NCBI GenBank assembly: GCA_945889325.1
Contig: CAMDBH010000002.1
Span: 39,242 to 103,241 of the forward strand
From: Klebsiella pneumoniae
GTDB taxonomy: Bacteria > Myxococcota_A > UBA9042
DNA: 64,000 bases
Direction of reading: 5' to 3'
The notes under the pieces were generated by a model, which was not told where the DNA came from, made no database searches, and saw nothing but the letters and a program-made list of their open reading frames with translations. The translations under genes and the position numbers were made by a program. Positions 38,105-46,927 of the stretch are shown here, piece by piece. Each line of letters starts with the position of its first letter. Positions within the stretch are counted from its first letter, which is position 1.

Positions 38105-39586
38105 CTAACGGACAACTCGCAGCGGAACTTGCTGTTCCCGTTCCGTTTGTCGCGGTGGGTGCATTTCTTGCTGCAGCACTTTCATGATCGTGCGCTCATC
38201 GTAATTCGCGCGCCGAATTAACTCAACGCGTTGCCGCAAACGATCGATATCGGTCTTGATGCCGTAGGTCTTTAGGATGCTGCTGATGCGCAAGTGATGG
38301 CGTTCCAAGGCTTCTGTCGCGCTGACGTAGCCGTGCAAGGCACTTTCTGCGCGCTGCCAAAAGTTGAGCGGATTGATGTTGAAAAATTTCACATCGGTTT
38401 CGCTCGGCTCAAGCAAAATGACGTCACCGTGAAAATCCGGATTGAGCTGTAACTTCTCAATCCCCAACAACAAACGCGTGTGCAACATCGTGCGAAAAGC
38501 TTGGTTGATCACGGTGGCAATGCCCATGTCGCTGATGGACGCCTGCTTGTTCAGCAATTGATCGGCGTTGTAATTCACGAACGGCCGAAAGGGGTTGTAG
38601 GCTATCACCAGCGACGCCCCGCCCTTGACGGCTTGGCTGATGTTGGCCGTGCGGCGCACACCGGCGTCGATGTAATCCTGACCACGAATGCGCGCTGGCT
38701 TGTAAAACCCCGGAATTGCAGCGGATGCCGCTACGGCTTCACTGATCGTGACGCTGTGATCTTCGTCGTGGCCAAAAGTGACGCCTTCCGCTGTGTTTAG
38801 ATTGGTCGCACCGATGTACAGCGTGTTGTTGCGGACCATGTTCAGCAAACGGAAGTCATTGGGCACGTTGTTCTTTTTCAGATTGGAGCGCGTAAACGCC
38901 TCAATGCCAGCCGTGTCAAACAGGCCCGACGGGATGTAAGACAGACCCATGCGCAGGTGCGACTCACGCATCATATCGATAATAAACGGTTTTAGCAGCG
39001 CTTCAGCGCTTTGAAGGCCCGGCTCTTTCACAAAATCGCGCAGGGCATTGATCATCTCGGGGCGGTTGTTGAGCAGTCGGCGCGCCACCGCCAAACTGGC
39101 TTGCGGCAAAAAAGTCGTGGCATCGCGGCCGAGTTGCAGCGGTTTGCGCACAAATTCCCGCCAGTTCGGCCGGTAGAAATCCAGCGGCGTGAAACGATTG
39201 ATGCGGTCGCTGCTGCCGTCCAAAGATTTGAGCAATTCTTCCGGCGCTATACCTGCGGCAAGCGGTGCGGCTAAGAAAGCACCAGCAGAAATGCCGACGT
39301 AGATGTCAAAATCCGTGACGGATTTGTTGGTCAACAAGGTATTGAGCGCGATCAAACCGCCGATTTTGAATGCACCGCCTGAAATCGCGCCACCGGCCAG
39401 CACCAGCGCAATTTTGGCATGAGGCCGAGTTTTGGTGCGATCGCCTTTTTCGACAAACGTGATGCCCACTTTTACCTCTTGCGGCGCGGCAAAAGCCGCA
39501 CTGCATCCAACCACATCCTTGGCCGAGCGACAAACTTTTGCCCGTTTCAAAGCAACAGCAGAGGCATCTGGACCACAGGGTGACAA
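38105..39586 (-). CDS. patatin-like phospholipase family protein. 5' end uncertain: the ORF overlaps the mutY 3' end by ~40 nt.
   Basis: Oxyanion hole LVLAGGAISGGAFKIG; GxSxG lipase motif GISAG; catalytic Asp region (DAGV). Confidence 0.7.
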   Translation of the reverse strand: MSPCGPDASAVALKRAKVCRSAKDVVGCSAAFAAPQEVKVGITFVEKGDRTKTRPHAKIALVLAGGAISGGAFKIGGLIALNTLLTNKSVTDFDIYVGISAGAFLAAPLAAGIAPEELLKSLDGSSDRINRFTPLDFYRPNWREFVRKPLQLGRDATTFLPQASLAVARRLLNNRPEMINALRDFVKEPGLQSAEALLKPFIIDMMRESHLRMGLSYIPSGLFDTAGIEAFTRSNLKKNNVPNDFRLLNMVRNNTLYIGATNLNTAEGVTFGHDEDHSVTISEAVAASAAIPGFYKPARIRGQDYIDAGVRRTANISQAVKGGASLVIAYNPFRPFVNYNADQLLNKQASISDMGIATVINQAFRTMLHTRLLLGIEKLQLNPDFHGDVILLEPSETDVKFFNINPLNFWQRAESALHGYVSATEALERHHLRISSILKTYGIKTDIDRLRQRVELIRRANYDERTIMKVLQQEMHPPRQTEREQQVPLRVVR

Positions 39587-40689
39587 TCCAGTTGCTCTAT
39601 CAAGCGTTGCGCCAGCCGCGACAAGCCTCCCGTTTGCGACAGCGCCCGATCCACGGGCAGCCAGCGTGTCTGCACATAACCCAGCGCCGTCAAATCCGGC
39701 GGCATTTGCAGGTGACAGTGGGCTTGGATCGACGTCGCCTCATAGCGCCGATGGGTCAAAATGTGCACGACCGGCTGCATTTCAAGCTGATCAACCACGC
39801 CTAGGGCGCGCAGCCATTGCTGCATTGCCCTATGTGATCCAGAACCTTCCATCCCGGGCGGCTCCCACAAGCCGGCCCATCGGCCAGTGGCTGGGCGCTG
39901 CCCCAGCAGAATCTCGCCGCCGTCGCTGTCGCGCACGCCGCCGTCATCTACGCGCAGCAGCAGCGCATAACAAGCAGCCACGGTCGGCGATTCTTTACGA
40001 ATTTTCACAGGTGGAATTTGCCCTTGCAGCCCCTGCTGCCGCGCGAGGCAGTCGGCGCTCACGGGACATTGTTGGCATTTTGGCTGTTTGGGCAGACACA
40101 CGGTCGCGCCAAGTTCCATCAGCGCTTGATTCCAATTCGACGGCTGATTTTGTGCAGTTGGCTCGCGCATTTCGCCGTCGGCCAGCGCCCAAATGGCTTT
40201 TTTTCCGGCGGTCGACGCAGGATCGCCGATCACGGCGTGCCAGCGCGCCAACACGCGGGCGACGTTGCCATCGACCAACGCCGCCGGTTGGGCAAACGCG
40301 ATCGAGCGAATCGCGCCAACGGTGTACGGGCCAAGTCCTGGGAGCGCTTGCAAACTCGCGGCATCACTTGGCATCACGCCGTTGTGTCGTGACATCACCG
40401 CGAACGCGGCGGCGTGCAGATTGCGCGCGCGGTTGTAGTAACCCAAGCCCGTCCATTGGGCCAACACGTCGTCAAGCGGTGCCTGGGCCAGATCGGGCAA
40501 AGTCGGCCATTTGGCCATCCAGCGCACAAAATAGTCGATGACGGTGTCCACGCGGGTTTGCTGCAGCATCAGCTCCGACACAACAACAGCATATGGATCA
40601 ATCGGTCGACCGTCAGGCGCGGCGCGCCACGGCAGCTTGCGGTGGTGCAATACGTACCAAGCCAGCAGGTTCCGTTGCCTACTTTGCAC
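39547..40689 (-). CDS. mutY: A/G-specific adenine DNA glycosylase
   Basis: LLAWYVLHHRKLPWR…PYAVVVSELMLQQTRV; HhH-GPD region; 4Fe-4S Cys cluster (CLPKQPKCQQCPVSADC); C-terminal NUDIX-like domain. Confidence 0.85.
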   Translation of the reverse strand: MQSRQRNLLAWYVLHHRKLPWRAAPDGRPIDPYAVVVSELMLQQTRVDTVIDYFVRWMAKWPTLPDLAQAPLDDVLAQWTGLGYYNRARNLHAAAFAVMSRHNGVMPSDAASLQALPGLGPYTVGAIRSIAFAQPAALVDGNVARVLARWHAVIGDPASTAGKKAIWALADGEMREPTAQNQPSNWNQALMELGATVCLPKQPKCQQCPVSADCLARQQGLQGQIPPVKIRKESPTVAACYALLLRVDDGGVRDSDGGEILLGQRPATGRWAGLWEPPGMEGSGSHRAMQQWLRALGVVDQLEMQPVVHILTHRRYEATSIQAHCHLQMPPDLTALGYVQTRWLPVDRALSQTGGLSRLAQRLIEQLDCHPVVQMPLLLL

Positions 40690-41629
40690 GGGTTGCCACG
40701 GCAGCCGCGCTGGTCAAACGCGCGTCGAAACAGGCTTGGCGCCAAATGATCGACGGCGTGCTGAATTCGAAACTGATCGGTTTGCCGCGATCGCTTGCCA
40801 CCAACGGCACATCAAAGGGCAGCCACGTGCTGTCGGCGCGGGGATATTTCTTCTCAAACAGAAACTTCTCACCGACCTTGATTTTCATTGTCAGATCAAT
40901 GCCATCGTCGTGGCGCACGGCCCACAGGCGATTGCCGAAATGCCCTTGCAGCCTGTCGGCCATCGGCGTTTCAGGCCAAGTCAGTTTGGCGATGCTTGCA
41001 TCCTTGTGCGGCTGAACGTAAATGCAGCGGTGACGAGAATTGCCTACCTCATTGAAATCTTGCCAGACATCGGCCCAAGTTTCACCGCCGCAGCTGTGGC
41101 GATCGTTGCGCCAAGGGCAAAGTTTGAACGTATGGTCCGGCTGTTCCTGTTCAAATTTGGCCAGCGCCAACTGCTTGCGAAAATCGAAAACACTCGATGT
41201 TTCAATGGCGATTAGCTGCACATCGGTGCCATGGCCGACCTCGACACGTTTGAGCAGCTTGCCAAGCGCTGGCAATTGGGCGGCGTAGCCGTGGGTCGAA
41301 ACGACCCAAAGGCGCGAAAAACCATCGGCATCCCAAAGTTCGATCGGATAGGCCGGCATGTACGCGGCATTGAAATCAAATCCCTTTTTTTGCCAAACCA
41401 GCGCAAAACGCCAGCGCTGCGCCGCCGACCAGCCTGGGTTAAAGGCAATGGCGTCAGCGGCCTGAATTTCTTTGGCAATGACTTCAGCGGCTGCCGCCAG
41501 ACTGATGTCGCTTGGCTCGGTCGCCATGTGCCTCACGCGCTGAACGTAATACCAACCTGCGCTGGTCAAAATCAGAATAAGTCCAGCGATTGCAGCAATA
41601 TAACGCAGATTGGTCGGGGCAACGCGCAA
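40679..41629 (-). CDS. hypothetical membrane-anchored protein
   Basis: ORF track. N-terminal TM helix (IAAIAGLILILTSAGWYYV). Confidence 0.45.
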   Translation of the reverse strand: MRVAPTNLRYIAAIAGLILILTSAGWYYVQRVRHMATEPSDISLAAAAEVIAKEIQAADAIAFNPGWSAAQRWRFALVWQKKGFDFNAAYMPAYPIELWDADGFSRLWVVSTHGYAAQLPALGKLLKRVEVGHGTDVQLIAIETSSVFDFRKQLALAKFEQEQPDHTFKLCPWRNDRHSCGGETWADVWQDFNEVGNSRHRCIYVQPHKDASIAKLTWPETPMADRLQGHFGNRLWAVRHDDGIDLTMKIKVGEKFLFEKKYPRADSTWLPFDVPLVASDRGKPISFEFSTPSIIWRQACFDARLTSAAAVATRAK

Positions 41630-41646
41630 AGTGTTTGGTCCTTTTC

Positions 41647-42963
41647 CTAAAAGTCGTGGTGCAGCGCCAAGGCCAAGTGAATACTGTCGCCGCTGAGCGA
41701 TGTTGCACCAATTGGGTCGGCCGCGTCGCGTTTTTGCACAGTGCGCCGCGACATGACCGTATAGCCCAGCGTGGCATCCAAATGAAGCGGTTTGCGCGAT
41801 AAATTCAATGGATCTGCCAATGTCAGCCCCGCGCCGACAGCCAACGTTGTGGCCGGCGCATCCAAGTACGTCGCCGCACCGTCAGCGCGCGGCAAGAAAG
41901 TCGGACGGTACTGCACACCGGCGCGCCAGACCAGCCCCTCACTGAACTGCCACTCGACACCGGCGCGCGGTTGCACGATGTCCTTGGCGGCCATGGCGAT
42001 CGGCACATTGTTGACGTAGAGCAGTTGATCTGGCGGATTGCCGCGTTGTTTGAGCTGACCGTCGTCGAGCACCAACCGCACATCCGGCGCCTGCGGCGGC
42101 AGTTGCGACCAACGCGCGTACGCCGCGCCGGCGGTGAACAGCCAAGCGCCGCGGTGAAAGGAGGTCGCCAGCGCAATCGTGTCAGGCAACCACAAGCCCA
42201 CGCCGGCAATGCGAAAATTGAGGTTGCCCACGTCTTCCAGCCGCACCGCGAGCGGCAAGGCGTAGCGCACGTAACTCTCCATGCGGTAAACAAGGCCGAT
42301 GCGAAAATCTTCATTTGGCAGCAGCGTTACGCCAAAAATACCATAGGGTTTGGTCAATAATTGCACGTCGAGGGATTTTTGCGTCACGCGGTGATCGAGA
42401 ATCGACAAGTCGATGTCGGCGCGACCGTCCAAGGTCGTGAGCAGCTGCGCACTGGCACCAAGGGACAGCCAAGGCACTGGACGCACAGCGATTCCCGCCA
42501 CTAGGACCAAGCGATCGGCCAAAGTATCGTACAGCGTCACTTGCGGCGTGCGGTAGTCGTGGGCGTCCAAGCGCGTCGAATTGCCAAAAGGCAGTTGGAT
42601 CGCCACCCCCAGCGCTGCTTTATCTTTAAGAAATCCACCAAGCGGCGTTGAAATGCCGACGTGCGCCAGTTGGTTGTTTACCGGCAACTGCGATGGATAC
42701 CTTTGCGTTCCCGCCGTTCTGTCGATGGCAAAACGGTTCCAAATGGCTTCGCCGCCAAAGCCGAAATGAATATGGCTGGCGAGCGCTAAATTGGCAGGGT
42801 TGGCATAAAGGGCGAAATAATCGTCAGCCACGGCCTCACCGGTATTGCCCAGAGCCGCAATTCGCGGACCAAAACCATATAATTCCATGGTATTGGCTGT
42901 AGCAAAGCTGGGGGCCAGCACGAGCAATGTCGCAAGCGCGCGGGCAAACGGAAGCGCTGTCAC
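41647..42963 (-). CDS. outer-membrane beta-barrel protein, FadL/TodX-like
   Basis: Signal peptide; alternating amphipathic beta-strand character; C-terminal aromatic (…LALALHHDF). Confidence 0.55.
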   Translation of the reverse strand: MTALPFARALATLLVLAPSFATANTMELYGFGPRIAALGNTGEAVADDYFALYANPANLALASHIHFGFGGEAIWNRFAIDRTAGTQRYPSQLPVNNQLAHVGISTPLGGFLKDKAALGVAIQLPFGNSTRLDAHDYRTPQVTLYDTLADRLVLVAGIAVRPVPWLSLGASAQLLTTLDGRADIDLSILDHRVTQKSLDVQLLTKPYGIFGVTLLPNEDFRIGLVYRMESYVRYALPLAVRLEDVGNLNFRIAGVGLWLPDTIALATSFHRGAWLFTAGAAYARWSQLPPQAPDVRLVLDDGQLKQRGNPPDQLLYVNNVPIAMAAKDIVQPRAGVEWQFSEGLVWRAGVQYRPTFLPRADGAATYLDAPATTLAVGAGLTLADPLNLSRKPLHLDATLGYTVMSRRTVQKRDAADPIGATSLSGDSIHLALALHHDF

Positions 42964-43853
42964 TCGGTCACCCCGACGTGGACCGGCCGATCGCGCGGCG
43001 TGTTGGCTGCGACGTCAGACAGGGTCCCGAAAGCAAAGCGAGAAAATAGCCGTTCGATCTTCTGTTCCACACCTGCCAGACCGACATAGTATTTGAATCG
43101 GCGCTTGAACGGCAGATCCATGCGCGGCTGATCGGCCACCAATTCGCGCGGATGAATGTACGCGATCACAGGCTGTTGCGCGTTTTCGGCGGCAGCAAAA
43201 CTTTGTTCGATAAACCAAGAAGGCAGCAGTCGCAAATAACCGCCGCCTTGAAAAACCAGCTGCTGACCGGCGAAATTGCGCGGCACCGTCGGCACTTCGA
43301 CAATCGTTTGGCCGTTGGGCAAAATCAAGTCAAATGGGCGGTTGCGCTGCAACAACAAGCCGCCATGGGCGCGGTTGGCTAAAAATAGGGAAGCATCGAG
43401 CGCAATCCCGCGCGAGGCCAAAACGCCAAACGCCCACGTGTCGGCATCGCCGATCGAAAAGCCAGGCGCGCGAAAGGCTTTGACATCTTTGCCTATAGCT
43501 CGGCTGATTGCGGCAAGCGACAGATCCAGGTCGCGGGCAAAACCGTCGCGGCCCAACTGCGGCACCAATTGGTGCAGGTGCCCGTGCGATCCGATTTCAT
43601 GGCCGCGTTCGGCAATCTGCGCCAAAAGTTCCGGAAAACGTTCGGCAATCCAACCCAGCGCAAAAAACGTGCCGCTAAACCGGTGTTTTTGCAGCAGGTC
43701 CAACATTTTTTCAGTGCCCGCAACCACGTGCGACGGCAATTTGTCCCAAGCGGCGAGGTCCGGCGCGGCGGCGTATTCCAAGATGTGAAACCAATCTTCG
43801 ACGTCGACGCTCCAGCCGTGAACAACCCGATGGTTTTGTGCAGCAGTTGGCAT
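42960..43853 (-). CDS. polysaccharide deacetylase family protein (NodB homology domain)
   Basis: VDVEDWFH…; FSGTFFALGWIAERFPEL…GHEIGSHGHLH. Confidence 0.75.
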   Translation of the reverse strand: MPTAAQNHRVVHGWSVDVEDWFHILEYAAAPDLAAWDKLPSHVVAGTEKMLDLLQKHRFSGTFFALGWIAERFPELLAQIAERGHEIGSHGHLHQLVPQLGRDGFARDLDLSLAAISRAIGKDVKAFRAPGFSIGDADTWAFGVLASRGIALDASLFLANRAHGGLLLQRNRPFDLILPNGQTIVEVPTVPRNFAGQQLVFQGGGYLRLLPSWFIEQSFAAAENAQQPVIAYIHPRELVADQPRMDLPFKRRFKYYVGLAGVEQKIERLFSRFAFGTLSDVAANTPRDRPVHVGVTE

Positions 43854-43898
43854 TGGCGCAGTGTCGGCTGCGCATCGCGCGAGCGCAAGCGAGGCGGC

Positions 43899-45269
43899 CT
43901 AAGACTCGGAATCCACACCCGCAGAAAGGGCTTGCATGCGCACGGTTTCCGTGAATTCCTTTTGCCCGAGCAAGGGCAAGCGCAATTCGATGATCAGTCC
44001 GCCGCCGGGGCGCGGCAATGCGCGGGCAGTGCCGCCATGGGCTTCTGTGATGCGCTTGACCAAGTACAGGCCCAAGCCGGTGCCGCCGGTGTTGGCGTTG
44101 CGCGAGGCATCGGTGCGAAAAAATGCTTCAAATACACGGGTACATTGTTCAATCGTCAAACCAGGACCGCGATCCATAATCCGATAGACGCCGCCCAGCG
44201 GATCGCGTTCCGATTCAATGCGCAGCGCCTTTTCGATCACATAGCCATCCGCCGCGTCACCGTCGCCAGCGTGTTGCACAGAATTCTCCACCAGCGTTGA
44301 AATCACGCGGTCCAACGCATTTTCATCGCCAGACACGATAGCGTAGTCGCTTTTCAAGTCGAGTTCGACGGTAAACCCTTGTTTTTCCAAACGATGACGC
44401 TCTCGGTGCAAGACGTTGTCGATCAATTCATCGATGCAAACTTCCGCGCGCTGCAGCAACACGCGGTCCACGCCGACGCGCTGCGCTTCAAGCAGCCGAG
44501 AAATGTGCCGTTCGAGCAGGGCCGTTTCTTCATGAATATCATTGAGTAACTGTTCGCCTTCGCTGGGTTTGCGCCGGTCGCGGCCCGCAGGGGCAGCTGC
44601 GCGCGCCGCCTCAAGTTCAATGCGGATGAGCTCAAGCGCAACGGCGATACGCGCCAAAGGCGAACGCAATTCATGCGATACACCGGCCAGCAAATCCTTT
44701 TGCGCTTGTAGCACCCGCGAAATGCGATCGGCCATCGCGTTCAAGCCGCTGCCGAGTTGGCCCAGGTCGTCAGGTGGATCGACCGGCGCACGGGCCGAAA
44801 GGTCGCCCATGCCCAGTTCCGACGCGACTTCACGCAGTTGACTGAGACGGGCGTTGAAGCGTTGCGACAGAGAAAGCGAAAGCGCCATCAGGCCAGCCAC
44901 CGCAACACCGGCGATCACAAGGGGAATCACCACCAGAAGCGCCTCAGCGCTGGTACCTTCGCGCGCCAATAGGACGCCTGCGACCGCGATGGCCAACAGG
45001 CCGACAATGCCAACGCCGACCACGCCGCGCTCGCCCCGCGTCAGCCCCACCGCCGTGCGAGCGGGGTGCGCGTCAAGCGTCGGTCGTTCAGCCACCGACT
45101 GCCGCGGTCGATTCGGCCGAAAGCATATAGCCGGTGCCCCAAATCGTCTTGATGTATTTGGGACTCCGCGAATCTTCTTCGATTTTTGCCCGCAGATTCT
45201 TGACGTGCACGTCGATCGAACGGTCGTAAGCCGCGTAGCCAACGCCGCGCAGCATGTCCATGAGCGCAT
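43899..45269 (-). CDS. two-component sensor histidine kinase (TM-HAMP-HisKA-HATPase). True start is probably near 45100, since the ORF overlaps the response-regulator gene.
   Basis: HAMP (…LGQLGSGLNAMADRISRVL); H-box VSHELRSPLARI; G-boxes (DRGPGL…GTGLGLYLV). Confidence 0.75.
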   Translation of the reverse strand: MRSWTCCAALATRLTTVRSTCTSRICGQKSKKIRGVPNTSRRFGAPAICFRPNRPRQSVAERPTLDAHPARTAVGLTRGERGVVGVGIVGLLAIAVAGVLLAREGTSAEALLVVIPLVIAGVAVAGLMALSLSLSQRFNARLSQLREVASELGMGDLSARAPVDPPDDLGQLGSGLNAMADRISRVLQAQKDLLAGVSHELRSPLARIAVALELIRIELEAARAAAPAGRDRRKPSEGEQLLNDIHEETALLERHISRLLEAQRVGVDRVLLQRAEVCIDELIDNVLHRERHRLEKQGFTVELDLKSDYAIVSGDENALDRVISTLVENSVQHAGDGDAADGYVIEKALRIESERDPLGGVYRIMDRGPGLTIEQCTRVFEAFFRTDASRNANTGGTGLGLYLVKRITEAHGGTARALPRPGGGLIIELRLPLLGQKEFTETVRMQALSAGVDSES

Positions 45270-45822
45270 CGCGGCTCAGCACTTGGCCTGGATAGCGCAA
45301 AAAGCAGCGCAAAAGGTCGAATTCTGTGGTCGTCAGCAGTACGGTTCGCCCAGCGACAATCACATCGCGGCGCGCGCAATCCATGCTGATATCGGCGATT
45401 TTCAGCATCTCGGCTGCGCCGGTGGCTACGCCACCTTCACTGCGCCGCAGCACGGCTTTGATGCGCGCAACCAACTCCCGAGGATTAAATGGTTTTGCCA
45501 AGTAATCGTCGGCACCCAGTTCCAAGCCGACAATCCGATCGTTGTCCGTGCCTTTTGCCGTGAGCATCACCACCGGTACCTTGGAGGTCGCGCGCACGCG
45601 GCGCAGGACTTCAAAGCCGTCCATGCCGGGCAGCATAACATCCAACACCAGAAGATCAAACACTTCTGACGTCGCGCGCCGCACCCCCTGCAAGCCATCG
45701 GTCACCGTGAAAACTTGAAAGCCTTCTGGCTTCAACAGCCGTTCCAGCAAAGCGCCCAAGCGCACATCGTCGTCAATAATGAGGATTCGAGCCAAGGTGT
45801 CTCCATTTCGCAGCTGCTGCAC
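45088..45822 (-). CDS. OmpR-family response regulator
   Basis: Receiver domain (ILIIDDD…DLLVLDVMLPGMDGFEV…) plus winged-helix output (…YIKTIWGTGYML). Confidence 0.85.
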   Translation of the reverse strand: MQQLRNGDTLARILIIDDDVRLGALLERLLKPEGFQVFTVTDGLQGVRRATSEVFDLLVLDVMLPGMDGFEVLRRVRATSKVPVVMLTAKGTDNDRIVGLELGADDYLAKPFNPRELVARIKAVLRRSEGGVATGAAEMLKIADISMDCARRDVIVAGRTVLLTTTEFDLLRCFLRYPGQVLSRDALMDMLRGVGYAAYDRSIDVHVKNLRAKIEEDSRSPKYIKTIWGTGYMLSAESTAAVGG

Positions 45823-46015
45823 CGCGGACCGCCGACTTCTGCGGCGCTGTGATCAAGGTTCTAGCATAAGCCGCACGATTGGGCGCATTTCACGGAGCAA
45901 GTTCACATTTCTACTAATTCTGTTCGCTGCGAATGATTTTTTTTGTAATATCTTCAGGACTTTCTGCCGCTGTCCCGCGCGACGATACCTGCAACAGTGG
46001 CGTGCAACCGCATGA

Positions 46016-46918
46016 TCAGCGCGGTTTTAGCTCCAACGTGCGCTGCGAGGCTTTGGGGGCGCGCAGTTCATCCGCACCCGCGGCGGCGCGCATCGATAGC
46101 GGTCCGTTGACCCACTGCACCTGCATCGCAATTTGCTTTGCAGCATCCCACGTTGCAAAACCAACGTCGGTAAGTTGATCCAAGCGCGTGGACGCATTGG
46201 CCAGATCCACGCCAGCGACAATTTTGCCGCGAAGTTGTTCAATTTCATCTTGAATCTTCTGCTCTTCTACATCATCTGGCGCCACGGTCGCCGCGGGTAG
46301 AAAACCCGAAGGATCGACCTTGCGGCGCTCGATCTTGCGCGCAATTCGGCCCGCGGCCCAAGCCAGCAGTAGCTGTTCATGCCCATGATTTTTAGGCACA
46401 AGTTGCAGCAGCTTTTCGGCGTCCGCTTGTTCGCCAATCACGCCGAGCACAACAATGGCCTTGAAGCGGAAAAATTCATCTGGGCGCTCAAGCAACTGCC
46501 ACACTGCCGCAACGGCCTCGGGCGCCTTGGTGCGAGAAATACCTGCCAGCGCCCCGAGTTGCACACCGAGGTCGCGATCTTTCAACGCGTCAATCAGCGC
46601 CGGAACCACGCGCGGATCCTCAATTTGTGCCAGTAGTTCCGTAGCTTTGCGCCGTTCGTCGTTGCTGCCGCCGTGCAGGTCGCCCATCAACGTCGGCACG
46701 GCTTCAGCGCCCAAATGCACCACTTTGACCGTAGCGATGCCCGGCGTGCCCGGCGCATCTGCAAAGCGATCGGCAAGCAGGCGCGGATTCTCAACTTTTT
46801 GCTGATACACCACAATGGACGCGTAAACGATGCCCGCCAAGCCAGCCAGCCCGACTGCCACGAGTGCCAAACGAGCCCAAGCCGTTGGATTAAAAGAGCG
46901 ATCGTTTAGAGCAGGCAT
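46016..46918 (-). CDS. membrane-anchored HEAT/PBS-lyase-repeat protein
   Basis: N-terminal TM helix; repeated ~30-aa motifs (AVPTLMGDLHGGSNDERRKATELLAQIEDPRVVPALIDALKDRD…). Confidence 0.55.
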   Translation of the reverse strand: MPALNDRSFNPTAWARLALVAVGLAGLAGIVYASIVVYQQKVENPRLLADRFADAPGTPGIATVKVVHLGAEAVPTLMGDLHGGSNDERRKATELLAQIEDPRVVPALIDALKDRDLGVQLGALAGISRTKAPEAVAAVWQLLERPDEFFRFKAIVVLGVIGEQADAEKLLQLVPKNHGHEQLLLAWAAGRIARKIERRKVDPSGFLPAATVAPDDVEEQKIQDEIEQLRGKIVAGVDLANASTRLDQLTDVGFATWDAAKQIAMQVQWVNGPLSMRAAAGADELRAPKASQRTLELKPR

Positions 46919-46927
46919 CGTCGCTGG

